DNA of 64,000 nt from Geosiphon pyriformis uo1 (lineage: Eukaryota > Fungi > Glomeromycota): positions 2,191,037 to 2,255,036 of the forward strand of contig JAAOMT010000436.1 in NCBI GenBank assembly GCA_016748015.1, given 5' to 3'. The position numbers and the translations under genes are program-made. Shown one piece after another: positions 37,266 through 50,600 of this stretch (position 1 is its first letter; every line of letters begins with the position of its first letter). Under the pieces are notes generated by a model. That model searched no databases. It was not told where the DNA came from and saw only the letters and a program-made list of their open reading frames with translations.

Positions 37266-39329
37266 ATCAGATGTCGGTCACCTGTTCTAAGTTGGTATAG
37301 GCTTCAAATTTTTCTGACTTGGGATCATTAGGTGAGTCTTGTTGATTTGATTGATTTTGAGACTGCTGATTCTCAATTTCCATTTTTTTTTCTAAGTCTC
37401 TTTCGTCTTGATACTCTTCACAGCACTGATTTTGGCACGGGATGAAACAGTTTTCGCAGAGGTAAGTGTTGATTTGGGCAAGGTATTGTTTTTGCTCTTG
37501 TCGAGTGGAGCATAGTTGTTGGTAGTAGTCCTGGAATTTGTCCACTGGATCGAACATGTTGTAGCTGGTGACTTTGTCGGCTACTTCGGCTGACTCTTTC
37601 CAACGTCGTATTTCTTCGGCGGTTCTTCCTCTTACTTTGGCTTGTGTGGTGTTGTACAACTCGTCCTCATCGTGTGGGTAGTGCTGTAGTCTTTTTAACG
37701 CTTTGTTGAACGCTGCTTCGAACGGCGTTCCTCCTTTTACCTAGTCACAAATGAGGATCATGTATTGGCAAGTTGCATCACATGTTCCTTCTCTGCCTGG
37801 TAAGTCGTTCCAGTCGCACCCTCTTGGTAACAGTTCTCCACAAGCAAGGCACGGTTCCTCGTCCCATTTTCCGTGTCTTTCTGGGTAACCGTATTTTTCT
37901 TTGTTACAACGGTTACAATAGTAGTGGGTGGGGTTTCTTGGGTCTTCATCTGGTGTGCTGCATGCAGTCATAGACGAGAGTTTCTTCTTGCAAACCGAGT
38001 ATTCTAGCTTTGGTCTGCGTCGCTGGTGGTTTCTTCGTGAACTTACCTGGTTTCATTCAGATCTTTCTTCGCTGGTCCACGTTGGTACAGCTGGTAGTCC
38101 TGTTCTTTGGTTATCAGCCCAAGAGAGCTGATAGGTTTCGATGGCTGGTAGTGCTAGATTTTCCTCAAATTCGAAGGTAGGTCTTTAGTTGGCGCTGGGT
38201 TTTTGGAAGTGGCCACAGGTGGCTGGAATTTTGGCCTGGTGGCCATTATAATTGATCAGAAGCTCTTAGGTGGTCCAGTCTAGGGTGGCGTTGGCTTTTG
38301 TTAGCCAGTCATTCCCTACTAATGCTTGATATTGTGTAGCATCCATTACTAATACTTTTGTAAGTATTACTATGCTGTTAATTTCAAAAAGGAATGAGTC
38401 AATTTTGCCATGAGGCAGCTTTGTACTTCCATCAGCTGTTATGATTTGGGACGTCATGGCACAATCAACTTTGAAACCCAGTTGGTTTACTAGTTGAAGC
38501 GTTACGATGCTTCCAGCGGATCCGCTGTCTAAGATAAGTTTGATTGGGGTATTGTTTACAGTGGCTTCTGTATACATAGCAGTGATTGGGCGTTTTTCGT
38601 CCAATGCTGCTCCACTGAACATAGCCTCGTTTTCCTCTAATTTAAAAGGAAAAATAGCTGCGAGGCTGCTATCTTCGGTGGCAACTGCTGGTGGTATTGT
38701 CTGGCTCAATTTGGAGGAATTCTTGGTTCTGTTTATGTTNNNNNNNNNNNNNNNNNNNNNNNNNNNNNNNNNNNNNNNNNNNNNNNNNNNNNNNNNNNNN
38801 NNNNNNNNNNNNNNNNNNNNNNNNNNNNNNNNNNNNNNNNNNNNNNNNNNNNNNNNNNNNNNNNNNNNNNNNNNNNNNNNNNNNNNNNNNNNNNNNNNNN
38901 NNNNNNNNNNNNNNNNNNNNNNNNNNNNNNNNNNNNNNNNNNNNNNNNNNNNNNNNNNNNNNNNNNNNNNNNNNNNNNNNNNNNNNNNNNNNNNNNNNNN
39001 NNNNNNNNNNNGGGTATTGTTTACAGTGGCTTCTGTATACATAGCAGTGATTGGGCGTTTTTCGTCCAATGCTGCTCCACTGAACATAGCCTCGTTTTCC
39101 TCTAATTTAAAAGGAAAAATAGCTGCGAGGCTGCTATCTTCGGTGGCAACTGCTGGTGGTATTGTCTGGCTCAATTTGGAGGAATTCTTGGTTCTGTTTA
39201 TGTTTCTACCATCATTGTTTCCGATGATCAGGTTTTCCAGTATATTAAGGTAAGTTTGTTGATAATTTTGGTAGTTTGGATTGGTTTGCTGATTGGTTTT
39301 GGCACGGTTTGGATTCCTCTGGACCAATG

Positions 39330-41184
39330 CATTCTGGTTTTACATGGGCTGATTTTGGGCCTCGGAACGCCAATTTGGGTTGGCTATCATGGGCTGTTGC
39401 TGGTAAGCTCCTTGATTTTGATACGTGGTGGGATATTGGCATGGTATTGGCGTGTACTGGCTTCTGGGCATTTGGGGTGGCACGTAGTAATTATTTTCGT
39501 GTGCTTCCTACATCATTCGCGTTCAACATTGACTAATCAAATGTCCTATGCATTTGCAAAAATGGCAGGCGCGTGTTTCTGTTCTGAATTCCTAGCGCGA
39601 TGAGCGATTATTTCGACTGTCGCTGACTTCCTGGCTGCGTCTTTGGGGTGGTTGGTATGTATTTTTTCTCAGATCTGGGATGAGGTAACTTTTTATTTTC
39701 TTAGAGAGTTCCTTCCCTAATCGCGTTACTCTTTTCTCTAATGTTTCTGTCTTATTTTCCTCCATTACTATGTTAACCATTTGACTATGGTTAGCTTCTT
39801 TCTCAGCCGATTCAAGGGCTCTGGCAAGCGTAACGGCTTCTGGTAAGGAATTAGGGTGGGCAGGACGTACTCTTCCTAAAATGCTGCTTTTTAATCCTCT
39901 AATAAACTGATTTAAAACCTGAGGATCAGTGTAGTATCCTTGTTCAATTGCTTCAATCTGATGGCGAATTTGATTGAATCGAGCAAAGTATTGGGTGATA
40001 GTTTCACTGGTATTTTGCTTGATAGTATTGAATTCGTTCTGTAGTTGGATTACGGCGTTTGGGTCGCTAAAATACTCCAGGAGTGCATTTTTAAATTCAG
40101 TGAAGCTCGTGGGTTTTGTTTCCAGGCTTTGATACCATGAGTCGGCTGTGCCTTTCAGGAAGAAAGGTAATGTTTGAATTGCTCTTTGGTCGTTTCAGTT
40201 ATTTGCTTGGATGGCTTTTTGTGCTTCTCTGAATCATGTGTACATGTCCATTTCTTCTTCCTCTTCTGAAAAATCTGTTAGTCTTGCAATGTATGGTGTG
40301 GTCATTTCGTTGCCGTTTTCTGCTGGTGGGTTTATTGGTCTAAGAGGAGATGAGATGATATTTCCTTGAGCGTTCCTAAAGGTGGCTTCCCTTATATCCA
40401 GTTCTTCCTCTTGATCATGAGTTTTTTGGTTTCTGGACTGGCTGCTTGTTCCAGTGACTGGTCTTGTGATTGTTTTTTCGCTGGTCTCTTTTTTGGATTC
40501 CAATTCAGACTCCTCTTCACGGTTTTCAAACCCCATTCTAAATTTTGGCTGAAAAAGAGGGTTTTGGAATAGTGATGAATATCCTTCTGTAATTGGTATG
40601 TCTTCCCAGTTACATTGTTTAATTTTATCAATATAACTAGGAGTTCTTGGCGTTTGTGGAGTTGATGTTGATGATGATGCAGCTCCTAATGGAATTTGTA
40701 TCTTATTTTCTGGTGAAAAATGGTATGATTTATCTTCTGGTGAATAAATACATTGTTTCTTTATTGATTGAGTGACAGTTTTCTTTGGCGTTTGAGCTAG
40801 TGTTCCTAGTTTTTGCTGGTTACTTTCCTGATTAGTTTCTAAATTTTCTTTGGTTTTGTTGGCGCATTCCCTAGTGTTTCCTGTGAATATTAGAAAATTT
40901 TCATTGGCATATTGCTCAATTTCTCGATGGATTTTGACAATAGTTGCAGCTATTACTGCTACTTCTTTTGTAGTGTATTGTGATAATTCTCTATACAATC
41001 CAAGTTTTGCATTGTGTGGTTCTTCTTCCTTTCCTATATGATAATTTATTCTGGCGTTGATATAATAAGTAAGAGCAGATTCTGCTGGACAACACCCTTC
41101 TGGTAATCCAAGATCACTTTGATTTTGTGTGTAAATAGCACAGCAGAATTCAAGAACAGTAAGATTAGGGGTTTTTGTCGCCAC
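39330..41184 (-). pseudogene. B gag
   Basis: Capsid-like QNTSETITQY..RF, QFIRGL motifs and a CCHC knuckle. In frame with the protease. Confidence 0.85.
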
Positions 41185-41247
41185 TTTTGTCTTTTCCTTT
41201 TTAGCAATGAATTATTGCTAATTATTATTTCCTTTTTGATTTTCTTT

Positions 41248-41264
41248 CCTCGTAGGGTTCACCA
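41248..41264 (-). promoter_or_regulatory. B primer-binding site (probably tRNA-Trp)
   Basis: TGGTGAACCCTACGAGG lies 2 nt from the LTR. It resembles the complement of the eukaryotic tRNA-Trp end (..CGUCGGGUUCACCA). Confidence 0.6.
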
Positions 41265-41266
41265 AA

Positions 41267-42127
41267 TGTTACGGGATGGTTTTCTTGTTATATTTAATTG
41301 CTGATATCCCGCTTTAATTGCAATCAGTCTTTCGTGAATTCCTCAATTCTATTTGTGTGATAATGTCACTGTTACGCTTTCTTTTTACTGTTGTGATGTA
41401 AGTTATTCTTTAATTCTTGATTGTTGTGTGTGTTTATGTACTCCTTCTCAGAGGCTGAACTGAAATCTACCCACTGTCTGGGGTCTTCTCTGAGGCTATC
41501 CTTGCAATTGCCTGATGTGTTTCTCTAATCTAGAAACACAGAATGTTAATGGTCTTTAGTGCTTTTCTAATTCTCACAATAAAGCTTTTATCAATTAGTA
41601 ACAACGTGAATAATCTTGATCAAGGATTATTCTTCCAAGGGATTCAGTTGATGAATGATAGTTTCATTCAATAAATAATACAAGTAAGTTTCTTAATACT
41701 TTGGATTGTGATAGTTCCGTTTTAAATATTTTTTTTCATTTCTTTTTGATTTTTTAAAGGTTTCTTGGGATATTTAATTTGAAAGTATGATTTAAAGTGG
41801 AGTTTGTCAGATAAAATTGGATCTGTTGCTTGATAAGTTATGATTTTTATTACTTGATTGATTATTTCCCAATATTAAAACTACTGTATATATACATGTT
41901 TGTAGTTCTACGAGAAAATACTTTCTTTTTGATATTTCAACCTGGTGTTTGCTGCTATCACCAGTTGGTGTTGGCTGCTATTGTGAACTGGTGTTTGCCA
42001 CTATCGCGAAATGGTGTTTGCTACTATGTTAATCATTACCTTTCTAAGATTATTACTGTGCTATATTATGATTGAATAGTTTGTATTATTTTTATGATTC
42101 TTTTTGCTAAATTCTTAAACTGTAACA
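41267..42127 (-). repeat. B 5' LTR
   Basis: Direct repeat with a 23-bp array at ~41943-42028. Confidence 0.95.
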
Positions 42128-45100
42128 CCGGTTGTAGTGGTATCCAAGAAAAGAGGAACCCTATGCTTTTGTGTTAATTATTACCAATTAAATGCCATTA
42201 CTGAAAGAAACATGTACCCACTTCTCAAGATTGATGCAATGCTAGACCAATTCCATGGTGCCGCTTTCTTCTCAACCATTAACTTAACTACTGGATTCTG
42301 GCAAGTAGAGATGGATCCAGAAAGTAGAAAGAAAACTGCCTTCATCACCAAGTATGGCACCTACAAATTTACAGTCATGCCTTTTGGTCTCACAAATGCT
42401 CCTCCCACATTTCAACGCTTAATGGACAAAGTATTTGAATCAGTAAAAGAAAACTTAGTTCTAGTCTACTTGGACAATATAATGGTATACTCAAAAACCT
42501 GGGATGAACACCTTGAACATTTGCAAAAGGTTTTTGACCTCCTTAGAAATGCTGGCCTCAAAATCAATCCAATCAAATCATTCTTTGGATGTCAATCCAC
42601 TCAGTTCCTTGGCCATCTTATTACAAAAAATGGAATCTTCTCTGATCCAGCCAAAATTGAAAAAGTTCAAAACATTAGACAATCAATGAATGTTTATGAA
42701 CTACACTCTTTTCTTGGTTTGGCCTCTTATTATCGCAAGTTTGTCAAGGATTTCTCCAAAATTGCCACTCTTTTCAATCAGCTACTTAGGAAAAACATCA
42801 ATTATCACTGGGGCACTCATCAACAAAAAGCATTTGAAATTCTGAAGGAAAAACTGGTTACAGAACCCATCCTCATGTAACCTAATCTGGATCAACTTTT
42901 TATCCTCCATACTAATGCATTTGGTTATGAACTTGGTACTGTTCTTTCCCAGAAAGACGAAGATGGCAGGGAACATGCCGTAGCATATGCCAGTAGAACT
43001 CTCACACCAGCAGAAAAGAACTACTCAGTCACAGAATAAGAATGCTTAGCAGTAGTTTGGGCTACCAGCTACTGGGACAAATATCTTAAAGGTGTAAAAT
43101 TTTTGGTGGTAACAGATAATCAAGCTTTGGTTTGACTACGCAACAAAAAAAACCTAGAAAATAAATGGATAACTCACTGGATACTTCACTTGGATGAATT
43201 CGACTATGACATTCAACACCACAAAAGAGCTAATCATCAAAACGCTGATGCTCTCTCCAGACTTACCATTCAGTGATAGTAAAACCCTCTCAAACCAAAC
43301 CAACTTAATTATTTGTAACTCCCCCACAAACAAACATGATAATGGACTTGGACAACTACTCTGCCTTAATGGAATTTTTGGGTAAAGAACAATACCCGCT
43401 GGACTATACTTGACAGCAAAGAAAACATTTGTGCAAACAATCAAATTTCTATTTGATTTGCCAGAAACAGTTATATAAAAGAAATAAAAAAGATCCTGAC
43501 CGCCCTTAAAGAGTCATTAGATTTGAAGAAAGAGAAATTGTGATCTACAATATGCATACTGATCCATTAGCTGGACACTTTGGAAAAACAAAAATGATTC
43601 AGAAAACTTTAGCTCGCTATTATTAGCCTATCTTAGGAAAAGACATTGCTGAATACATCAAAACCTGTGATACCTGCCAAAGAAGAGAAAAACCTAATCA
43701 CAAGGAAAATATCCATCCAATCTCTGTTGGTCAACCATTTGACAGAATTGGTATAGATGTTGTTAGACCTTTAATAGTAACTCCTGATGGCAATAGATAT
43801 ATTATCACAGCTACCGACTATTTTACAAAGTGGGTAGAAGCAAGAGCCACCCCAGATCAAACAGCAGTCTCAATTGCCAATTTCATTTATGAAGATATTA
43901 TCTGTCGCCATGGCTGCCCCAAAGAACTTTTATCTGATAGAAGAAGAGCTTTTCTCAGTACACTGGTTGAAGAACTTTGCAGAAAAATGGGAATACATTA
44001 TAAACTCTTTTCCCCTTATCACTCCCAAACAAATGGCCTAGTGGAACATTTCAATAGAACACTATGTGAAACCCTAGCCAAAACCAGTGAAGAAACTAAC
44101 CTATGGGACAAAGTATTGCCTTCAGCTTTGTTCGCCTACAGAACTGTGAATCATGACATAACAAGTTATGAATCCTTTTATCTGCTCTATGGACAAATGG
44201 CAACTCTACCAATAGAAACAGATATAGAAACAATATCTTTTGAAGAAATAACAATAAGAGATTACAAGGACATTTTGCAAAGAAGACTTGGTACCATTCT
44301 TGACTTATTGGTAGAAGCACAAATAATTGCCTTTGAAAAGATAAAACAGTTCCAAGAGAAGCTTAAAAAGAAAAAGACCTATAAAACACTTTCCTTAAGT
44401 GTTGGTGACTTAGTTTTGGAATACCATTCAGACAGAGACAATGTCTATGGTAATAAATTCTCCAGCCACTGGAAAAAACCTTTTATAGTCAACAAAGTTT
44501 TAAACAATGGTTCATATATCCTACAAAATCAATATGGAACAATATTCAGTGATTACCCTGTTCATGGCATGTGACTCAAGAAATATCACAAACAATCTGA
44601 TTGGTTACCTGTTGTAGTAATACTGACCCAAATGATCAGCAAAAATCAGATATAAATAAATGCACCATTCCCAAAACAGAGATATCTTCAATCGACATGA
44701 ACAATTATTTTCTGGATCAAAACATTCAAAATGCTTTCTATATTCTCCATGAGTACTGGATCAAGAACTATCCAAATGCTACTCTGACTATTGGAAAACA
44801 AACCACCATAACAGACAACAGTGGAACTCACACTGTTATCAGACCAAAGAAAACAACTACCAAAAGAGAAAGAATTGGTGGCAAAATGGATAAATACCTG
44901 CTAGAAAGCATAACAGCAGCAATACTTTTACCTTTCAGCACAATTGGAAAAATGATATAAGAAATCTTGCCCATAGACAAAGACTTGTTATATGGAAGAC
45001 AACTAAAACTCTATGGTCATCTTGGTAAAATTATAGAAGACATGAAGCTCACGAAGAAAACAACTTCAGAGATACAAGTGGAAATTTTGGGCATTATACA

Positions 45101-45322
45101 ATTGGATGTCCCAAGAGTTTTGACCATTGCTAGAAGAGCCAAAACTCTTATACAAAGATTTGGTCTCTTGGATACAAAACTTATTTCACCTCAAGTATTA
45201 TATACTTTGTCCACAAAAAACTTCAACAAAGTAGTTAGTTTTGAGTTAGACAAAACCCTTTACATAGACTATTCCATAAATAGCTTGATTTCGCCAGAGC
45301 TCAATCTCTTTGGAGAGGATGA

Positions 45323-45976
45323 TGTTACAGTTGAAACCCATAGTTTTTATTAGTTATCACATGTATTAGTCACTAATATCATATAATTAGCCACTCTATT
45401 TTTAGATAGTGATCGTTAACCTGATTATTGACCTGATCATTGACCTGGTCGTTGACCACTTTAGATAGCTATATAAGTGATGATTCTCTTAGCTGTAGAA
45501 AGACATAATCAAAGTAATGAAATAAAACAATATCAATTACTTCTTCTTATATCGCTTATTTCCCTTTCCTTACCTTCAAGTATCTACTTGTTGGCATTCA
45601 CATACCTTATCTTTTCCCCTTCTTGATTTGTATTTGTTAGAATTAGTCTGAGAAGCAATTGGCTTGCTCTTGTAATTCATTAAATAAAGAAACAATTGAA
45701 AAGCACAACAATATCTGTTATTGATTCTAAGAATTGCCAAGTTGAGGCATAGAATAATAGCAGCAGTGTTATCTTGTTAACAATCACGGACTATCCCTCT
45801 ACCTTCAGATTTAAGAAAAGATTAGCGACTGTGATTTTTATGAGACTGATCACACACATTAAATTTCTACTTATTCAATTCGCTCCCTTATTGTAATTCC
45901 CTCTTTGTTTATTTCTATCACTATACAATACTGTTCTCCCTTGCTATCCGTTAGCTTGTTACTCCAACCTGTAACA
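45323..45976 (+). repeat. A2 3' LTR (4-unit array)
   Basis: Follows the PPT GGAGAGGATGA and ends TGTAACA, followed by the ATAT TSD. Confidence 0.95.
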
Positions 45977-46924
45977 ATATTACTGGAATAACTACAAAAA
46001 TCAGATTAGCCAACTTGCAGGCACAAAAATGGTCAGCTCATAGTATATTTGAATATCCTACTAAGGAACAATCTAAGTCAGAGGTTAATCTTATAGCAAA
46101 TATCATGCAAATAATGAAAGAAAGGAGCATCTCATTCAAAAGCTCTGGTAACACACATGGGATACTTGAATCTTCAAGACCACATGCACACCTAATTGAG
46201 ATTATTATAGCTTCAGATACAACCTACTGTTATGGGTTGGAGTAACAAACTAATGGATAGCAAAGGAGAACAGTATTGTATGGTGATGGAAATAAACAAA
46301 GAAGGAATTACAATAAGGAAGCAAATTAAATAAGTAGTAATTCAATGTATGTGATCAGTCTCATAAAAATCACAGTCGCTAATCTTTTCTTAAATCTGAA
46401 GATAGAGGAATAGTCCATGATTGTCAACAAGATAACACCGCTGCTATTATTCTATGCCTCAACTCGGCAATTCTTAGAATCAATAACAGGTATCATTGTA
46501 CTTTTCAATCATTTCTTTATTTAATAAATTACAAGAGCAAGCCAATTGCTTCTCAGGCTAATTCTAACAAATACAAATCAAGAAGGGGAAAAAATAAGGT
46601 ATGTAAATGCCAACAAGTAGATACTTGAAGGTAAGGAAAGGGGAATAAGCGATTATAAGAGAAAGTAATTGATATTGTTTATTTCATTACTTTTGATCAT
46701 GTCTTTTTACAGCTAAGGGAATCATTGCTTATATAGCTATCTAAAGTGGTCAACGACCAGGTCAATGATCAGGTCAATGATCAGGTCAATGATCAGGTCA
46801 ATGATCAGGTCATTGATCAGGTCAATAATCAGGTCAATAGTCAGGTCATTGATTAGGTCAATGATCACTATCTAAAAATAGAGTGGCTAATTTATGTGAC
46901 ATCAGTGGCTAATACATGTGATAA

Positions 46925-47581
46925 TTAATAAAAACTATGTGTTTCAACCATAATATCATCCTCTCCAAAGAGATTGAACTCCGGCGAAATCAAACTATTT
47001 ATGGAATAGTCTATGTAAAAAGTTTTGTCTAACTCAAAACTAACTAGTTTGTTGAAGTTTTTTGTGGATAGAGTATATAGTACTTGAGGCGAAATAAGCT
47101 TTGTATTCAAGAGACCAAATCTTTGTATAAGAGTTCTGGCTCTTCTTGCAATGGTCAAAACTCTTGGGACATCCAATTGTATAATGCCCAAAATTTCCAC
47201 TTGTATCTCTGAAGTTGTTTTCTTCATGAGCTTCATGTCTTCTATGATTTCACCAAGATGACCATAGAGTTCTAGTTGTCTTCCATATGACAAGTTTTTG
47301 TCTATAAGCAATATTTTTTGTATTGTTTTTCCAATTGTGCTGGAAGGTGAAAGTATCACTGCTGTTATGCTTTCCAGCAAGTATCTATCTATTTTGCCAC
47401 CAATTCTTTCTCTTCTGGTAGTTGTTTTCTTTGGTCTAATAACAGTGTAAGTTCCACTGTTGTCTGTTATAGTGGTTTGTTTTCCGATAGTCAGAGTAGC
47501 ATTTGGATAGTTCTTAATCCAGTACTTATGGAGAGTATAGAAAAGGTTTTGAATGTTTTGATCCAGGAAATAATTATTCAT
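46925..47581 (-). CDS. A3 ORF3, intact, 218 aa from the first ATG, unknown function; reads through the PPT and stops inside the 3' LTR
   Basis: Open frame MNNYFLDQNIQN...VETHSFY*. Homologues are present in all five A/A' copies. Confidence 0.75.
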   Translation of the reverse strand: MNNYFLDQNIQNLFYTLHKYWIKNYPNATLTIGKQTTITDNSGTYTVIRPKKTTTRRERIGGKIDRYLLESITAVILSPSSTIGKTIQKILLIDKNLSYGRQLELYGHLGEIIEDMKLMKKTTSEIQVEILGIIQLDVPRVLTIARRARTLIQRFGLLNTKLISPQVLYTLSTKNFNKLVSFELDKTFYIDYSINSLISPEFNLFGEDDIMVETHSFY

Positions 47582-47622
47582 GTCAATTGAAGATACCTCT
47601 GTTTTGGAAATGGTGCATTTAT

Positions 47623-50600
47623 TTATATCTAATTTTTGCCGATTATTTGGGTCGGTATTACCACAACAGGTAACCAATCAGGTCGTTTGTGATATTTCTT
47701 GAGTCACGTGCCATAAACAGGGCGATCACTGAATATTGTTTCATATTGATCTTGTAAGATATAAGAACCATTGTTCAAAACTTTGTTAACTATAAAGAGT
47801 TCTTTCCACCAGCTAGAGAATTTATCACCATAGACATTGTCTCTGTCTGAATGGTATTCCAAAACTAAGTCACCAACACTTAAGGAAAGTGTTTTATAGG
47901 TCTTTTTCTTTTTGAGCTTCTCTTGAACCTGTTTTATCTTTTCAAAGGCAATTATCCGTGCTTCTACTAATGAGTCAAGAATGGTACCAAGTCTTCTTTG
48001 CAAAATGTCTTTGTAATCTCTTATTGTTATTTCTTCAAAAGATATTGTTTCTATATCCGTTTCTATTGGTAGAGTTGCCATTCGTCCATAGAGCAGATAA
48101 AAGGATTCATAACTTGTTATGTCATGATTCACAGTTCTGTAAGCAAACAAGGCTGAAGGCAATACTTTGTCCCATAGATTGGTTTCTTCACTGGTTTTGG
48201 CTAGGGTTTCACATAGTGTTCTATTGAAACGTTCCACTAGGCCATTTGTTTGGGGGTGATAAGAGGAAGAGAGTTTATAACGTATTCTCATTTTTTTGCA
48301 AAGTTCTTCAACCAGTATACTGAGAAAAGCTCTTCCTCTATCAGATAAAAGTTCTTTGGGGCAGCCATGGCAACAGATAATATCTTCATAAATAAAATTG
48401 GCAATTGAGACTGCTGTTTGATCTGGGGTGGCTCTTGCTTCTACCCACTTTGTAAGATAGTCGGTAGCTGTGATAATGTATCTGTTGCCATCAGGAGTTA
48501 CTGTTAAAGGTCCAACAACATCTATACCAATTCTATCAAATGGTTGACCAACAGAGATTGGATGGATATCTTCCTTGTGATTGGGTTTTCCTCTTCTTTG
48601 GCAGGTATCACAGGTTTTGATGTATTCAGCAATGTCTTTTCCCAAGGTAGGCCAATAATAGCGAGCTAAAGTTTTCTGAATTGTTTTTGTTTTTCCAAAG
48701 TGTTTAGCTAATGGATCAGTGTGCATATTGTAGATCACAATTTCTCTTTCTTCAAATCTAATGACTCTCTGGGGGCAGTCAGGATCTTTTCTATTTCTTT
48801 TATATAACTAGTTCTGGTGAATCAAATAGAAATTTGATTGTTTGCGCAAATGTTTTCTTTGCTGTCGATTATAGTCCAGCAGGTATTGTCCTTTACCCAA
48901 AAATTTCATTAAAGCAGAGTAGTTGTCCAAGTCCATTATCGTGTTTGTTTGTGGGGGAGTTACAAATAATTAAGTTGGATTGGTTTGAGAGGGTTTTACT
49001 ATCACTGGATGGTAAGTCTGGAAAGAGCGTCGGTGTTTTGATGATTAGCTCTTTTTCAGTGTTGAATGTCATAGTCGAATTTGTCCAAGTGGAGTATCCA
49101 GCGAGTTATCCATTTATGTTCCAGGTTTCTTTTGTTGCATAGCCAAACCAAAGCTTGGTGATCTGTTACCACCAAAAATTTCACACCCTTAAGATATTTG
49201 TCCCAGTAGCTGGTAGCCCAAACTACTGCTAAGCATTCCTGCTCAGTAACTGAGTAGTTCCTTTCTGCTGGTGTGAGAGTTCTACTGGCATATACTACAG
49301 CGTGTTCTCTGTTATCTTCATCTTTTTGGGAAAGAACAGCACCAAGTCCATAGCCAGATGCATCAGTGTGGAGGATAAAAGGTTGATCCAAATTAGGTTG
49401 CATGAGGATGGGTTCTGTAACCAGTTTTTCCTTGAGAATTTCAAATGCTTTTTGTTGATGAGTGCCTCAGTAATAATTGATGTTTTTCCTAAGTAGCTGA
49501 TTGAGAGGAGCAGTGATTTTGGAGAAATTCTTGACAAACTTGCGATAATAAGAGGCCAAACCAAGAAAAGAACATAGTTTATGAACATTCATTGGTTGTT
49601 TAATGTTTTGAACTTTTTCAATTTTGGCTGGATCAGAGAAGATTCCATCTTTTGTAATAAGATGGCCAAGGAACTGAGTGGATTGACGTCCAAAGAATGA
49701 TTTGATTGGATTGATCTTGAGACCAGCATTTCTAAAGAGATCAAAAACCTTTTGCAAATGTTCAAGGTGTTCATCCCAGGTTTTTGAGTATACTATTATG
49801 TCGTCCAAGTAGACTAGAACAAAGTTTTCTTTTACTGATTCAAATACTTTGTCCATTAAGCGTTGAAATGTGGGAGGAGCATTTGTGAGACCAAAAGGCA
49901 TGACTGTGAATTTGTAGGTACCATACTTGGTGATGAAGGCAGTTTTCTTTCTGCTTTTTGGATCCATCTCTACTTGCCAGAATCCAGTAGTTAAGTCAAT
50001 GGTTGAGAAGAAAGCAGCACCATGGAATTGGTCTAGCATTGCATCAATCTTGGGAAGTGGGTACATATCTCTTTCAGTAATGGCATTTAATTGGCGATAG
50101 TCAACACAAAAGCGTAGAGTTCCTCCTTTCTTGGATACCACTACAACTGGGAATGCCCATTCACTCTTGGTTTCCTGTATGAATCCAAGGGTTTTCATTT
50201 GGGTTATTTCCTTTTTTATAAACTCATCATTGCACCTGTTGGATTGATAGGGCTTCAAATGGATGGGGCGAGTTTCTTTGGTGATGATGGTGTGTTGTAT
50301 CACATGTGTACATCCAGGAGGTTCACCTTCTTTTGAGATAACTGGGCTGTTTCTAGCCAGCAGGTTTTTAATGTCTACTTTTCTTTCTTCTGGAGAGAGT
50401 TCTCTTTGTTCTACAACCAGTGATTGGATTTCAGGTGGTTCGTTTTCAAAGGACTTTTGGACTTCTTTTATTTCCTCTTGGGGTATCAAGCTGATTGGTT
50501 CCCAATCTTTGTAATAGATCAGACAGGACATGCATTCATCACTAGGAGAGTACAATGGTTTGTCGCACCAGCACCGGGCACAAGGACCATGCCACCAATA

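Larger units (their letters stand above)
32282..42127 (-). mobile_element. Ty3/gypsy family B with dUTPase, nested in the RT of A2
   Basis: LTRs 32282-33149 and 41267-42127, TSD CTGG/CCGG, PBS 41248-41264, PPT 33150-33163. gag and PR are read in one frame (CCHC CHFCKCIGHLISQC, LILDSGS), followed by Cys-rich region, dUTPase, RT (mostly in the N gap), RNase H, IN and ORF3. Confidence 0.95.
28452..45976 (+). mobile_element. Ty3/gypsy family A copy A2, interrupted in RT by element B
   Basis: LTRs 28452-29141 and 45323-45976, 4-bp TSD ATAT, PBS 29148-29166, PPT 45312-45322. gag 29194-30745, pol 30733-32281 + 42128-~44654, ORF3 44697-45353. Confidence 0.95.

Noticed and set aside
38547-39200. ~190-bp direct duplication flanking the N gap in element B
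   Set aside because: Identical sequence on both sides of a scaffold gap indicates an unmerged contig overlap, not biology.
41430-41465. tRNA-Trp anticodon-arm-like boxes in the B LTR (ACTCC..TCAGAGG)
   Set aside because: The match is too short and gapped to distinguish from chance.
46925-47581. ORF3 as envelope protein or chromodomain
   Set aside because: No signal peptide, TM helix or fusion motif, and no chromodomain aromatic pattern at the ends of either integrase.
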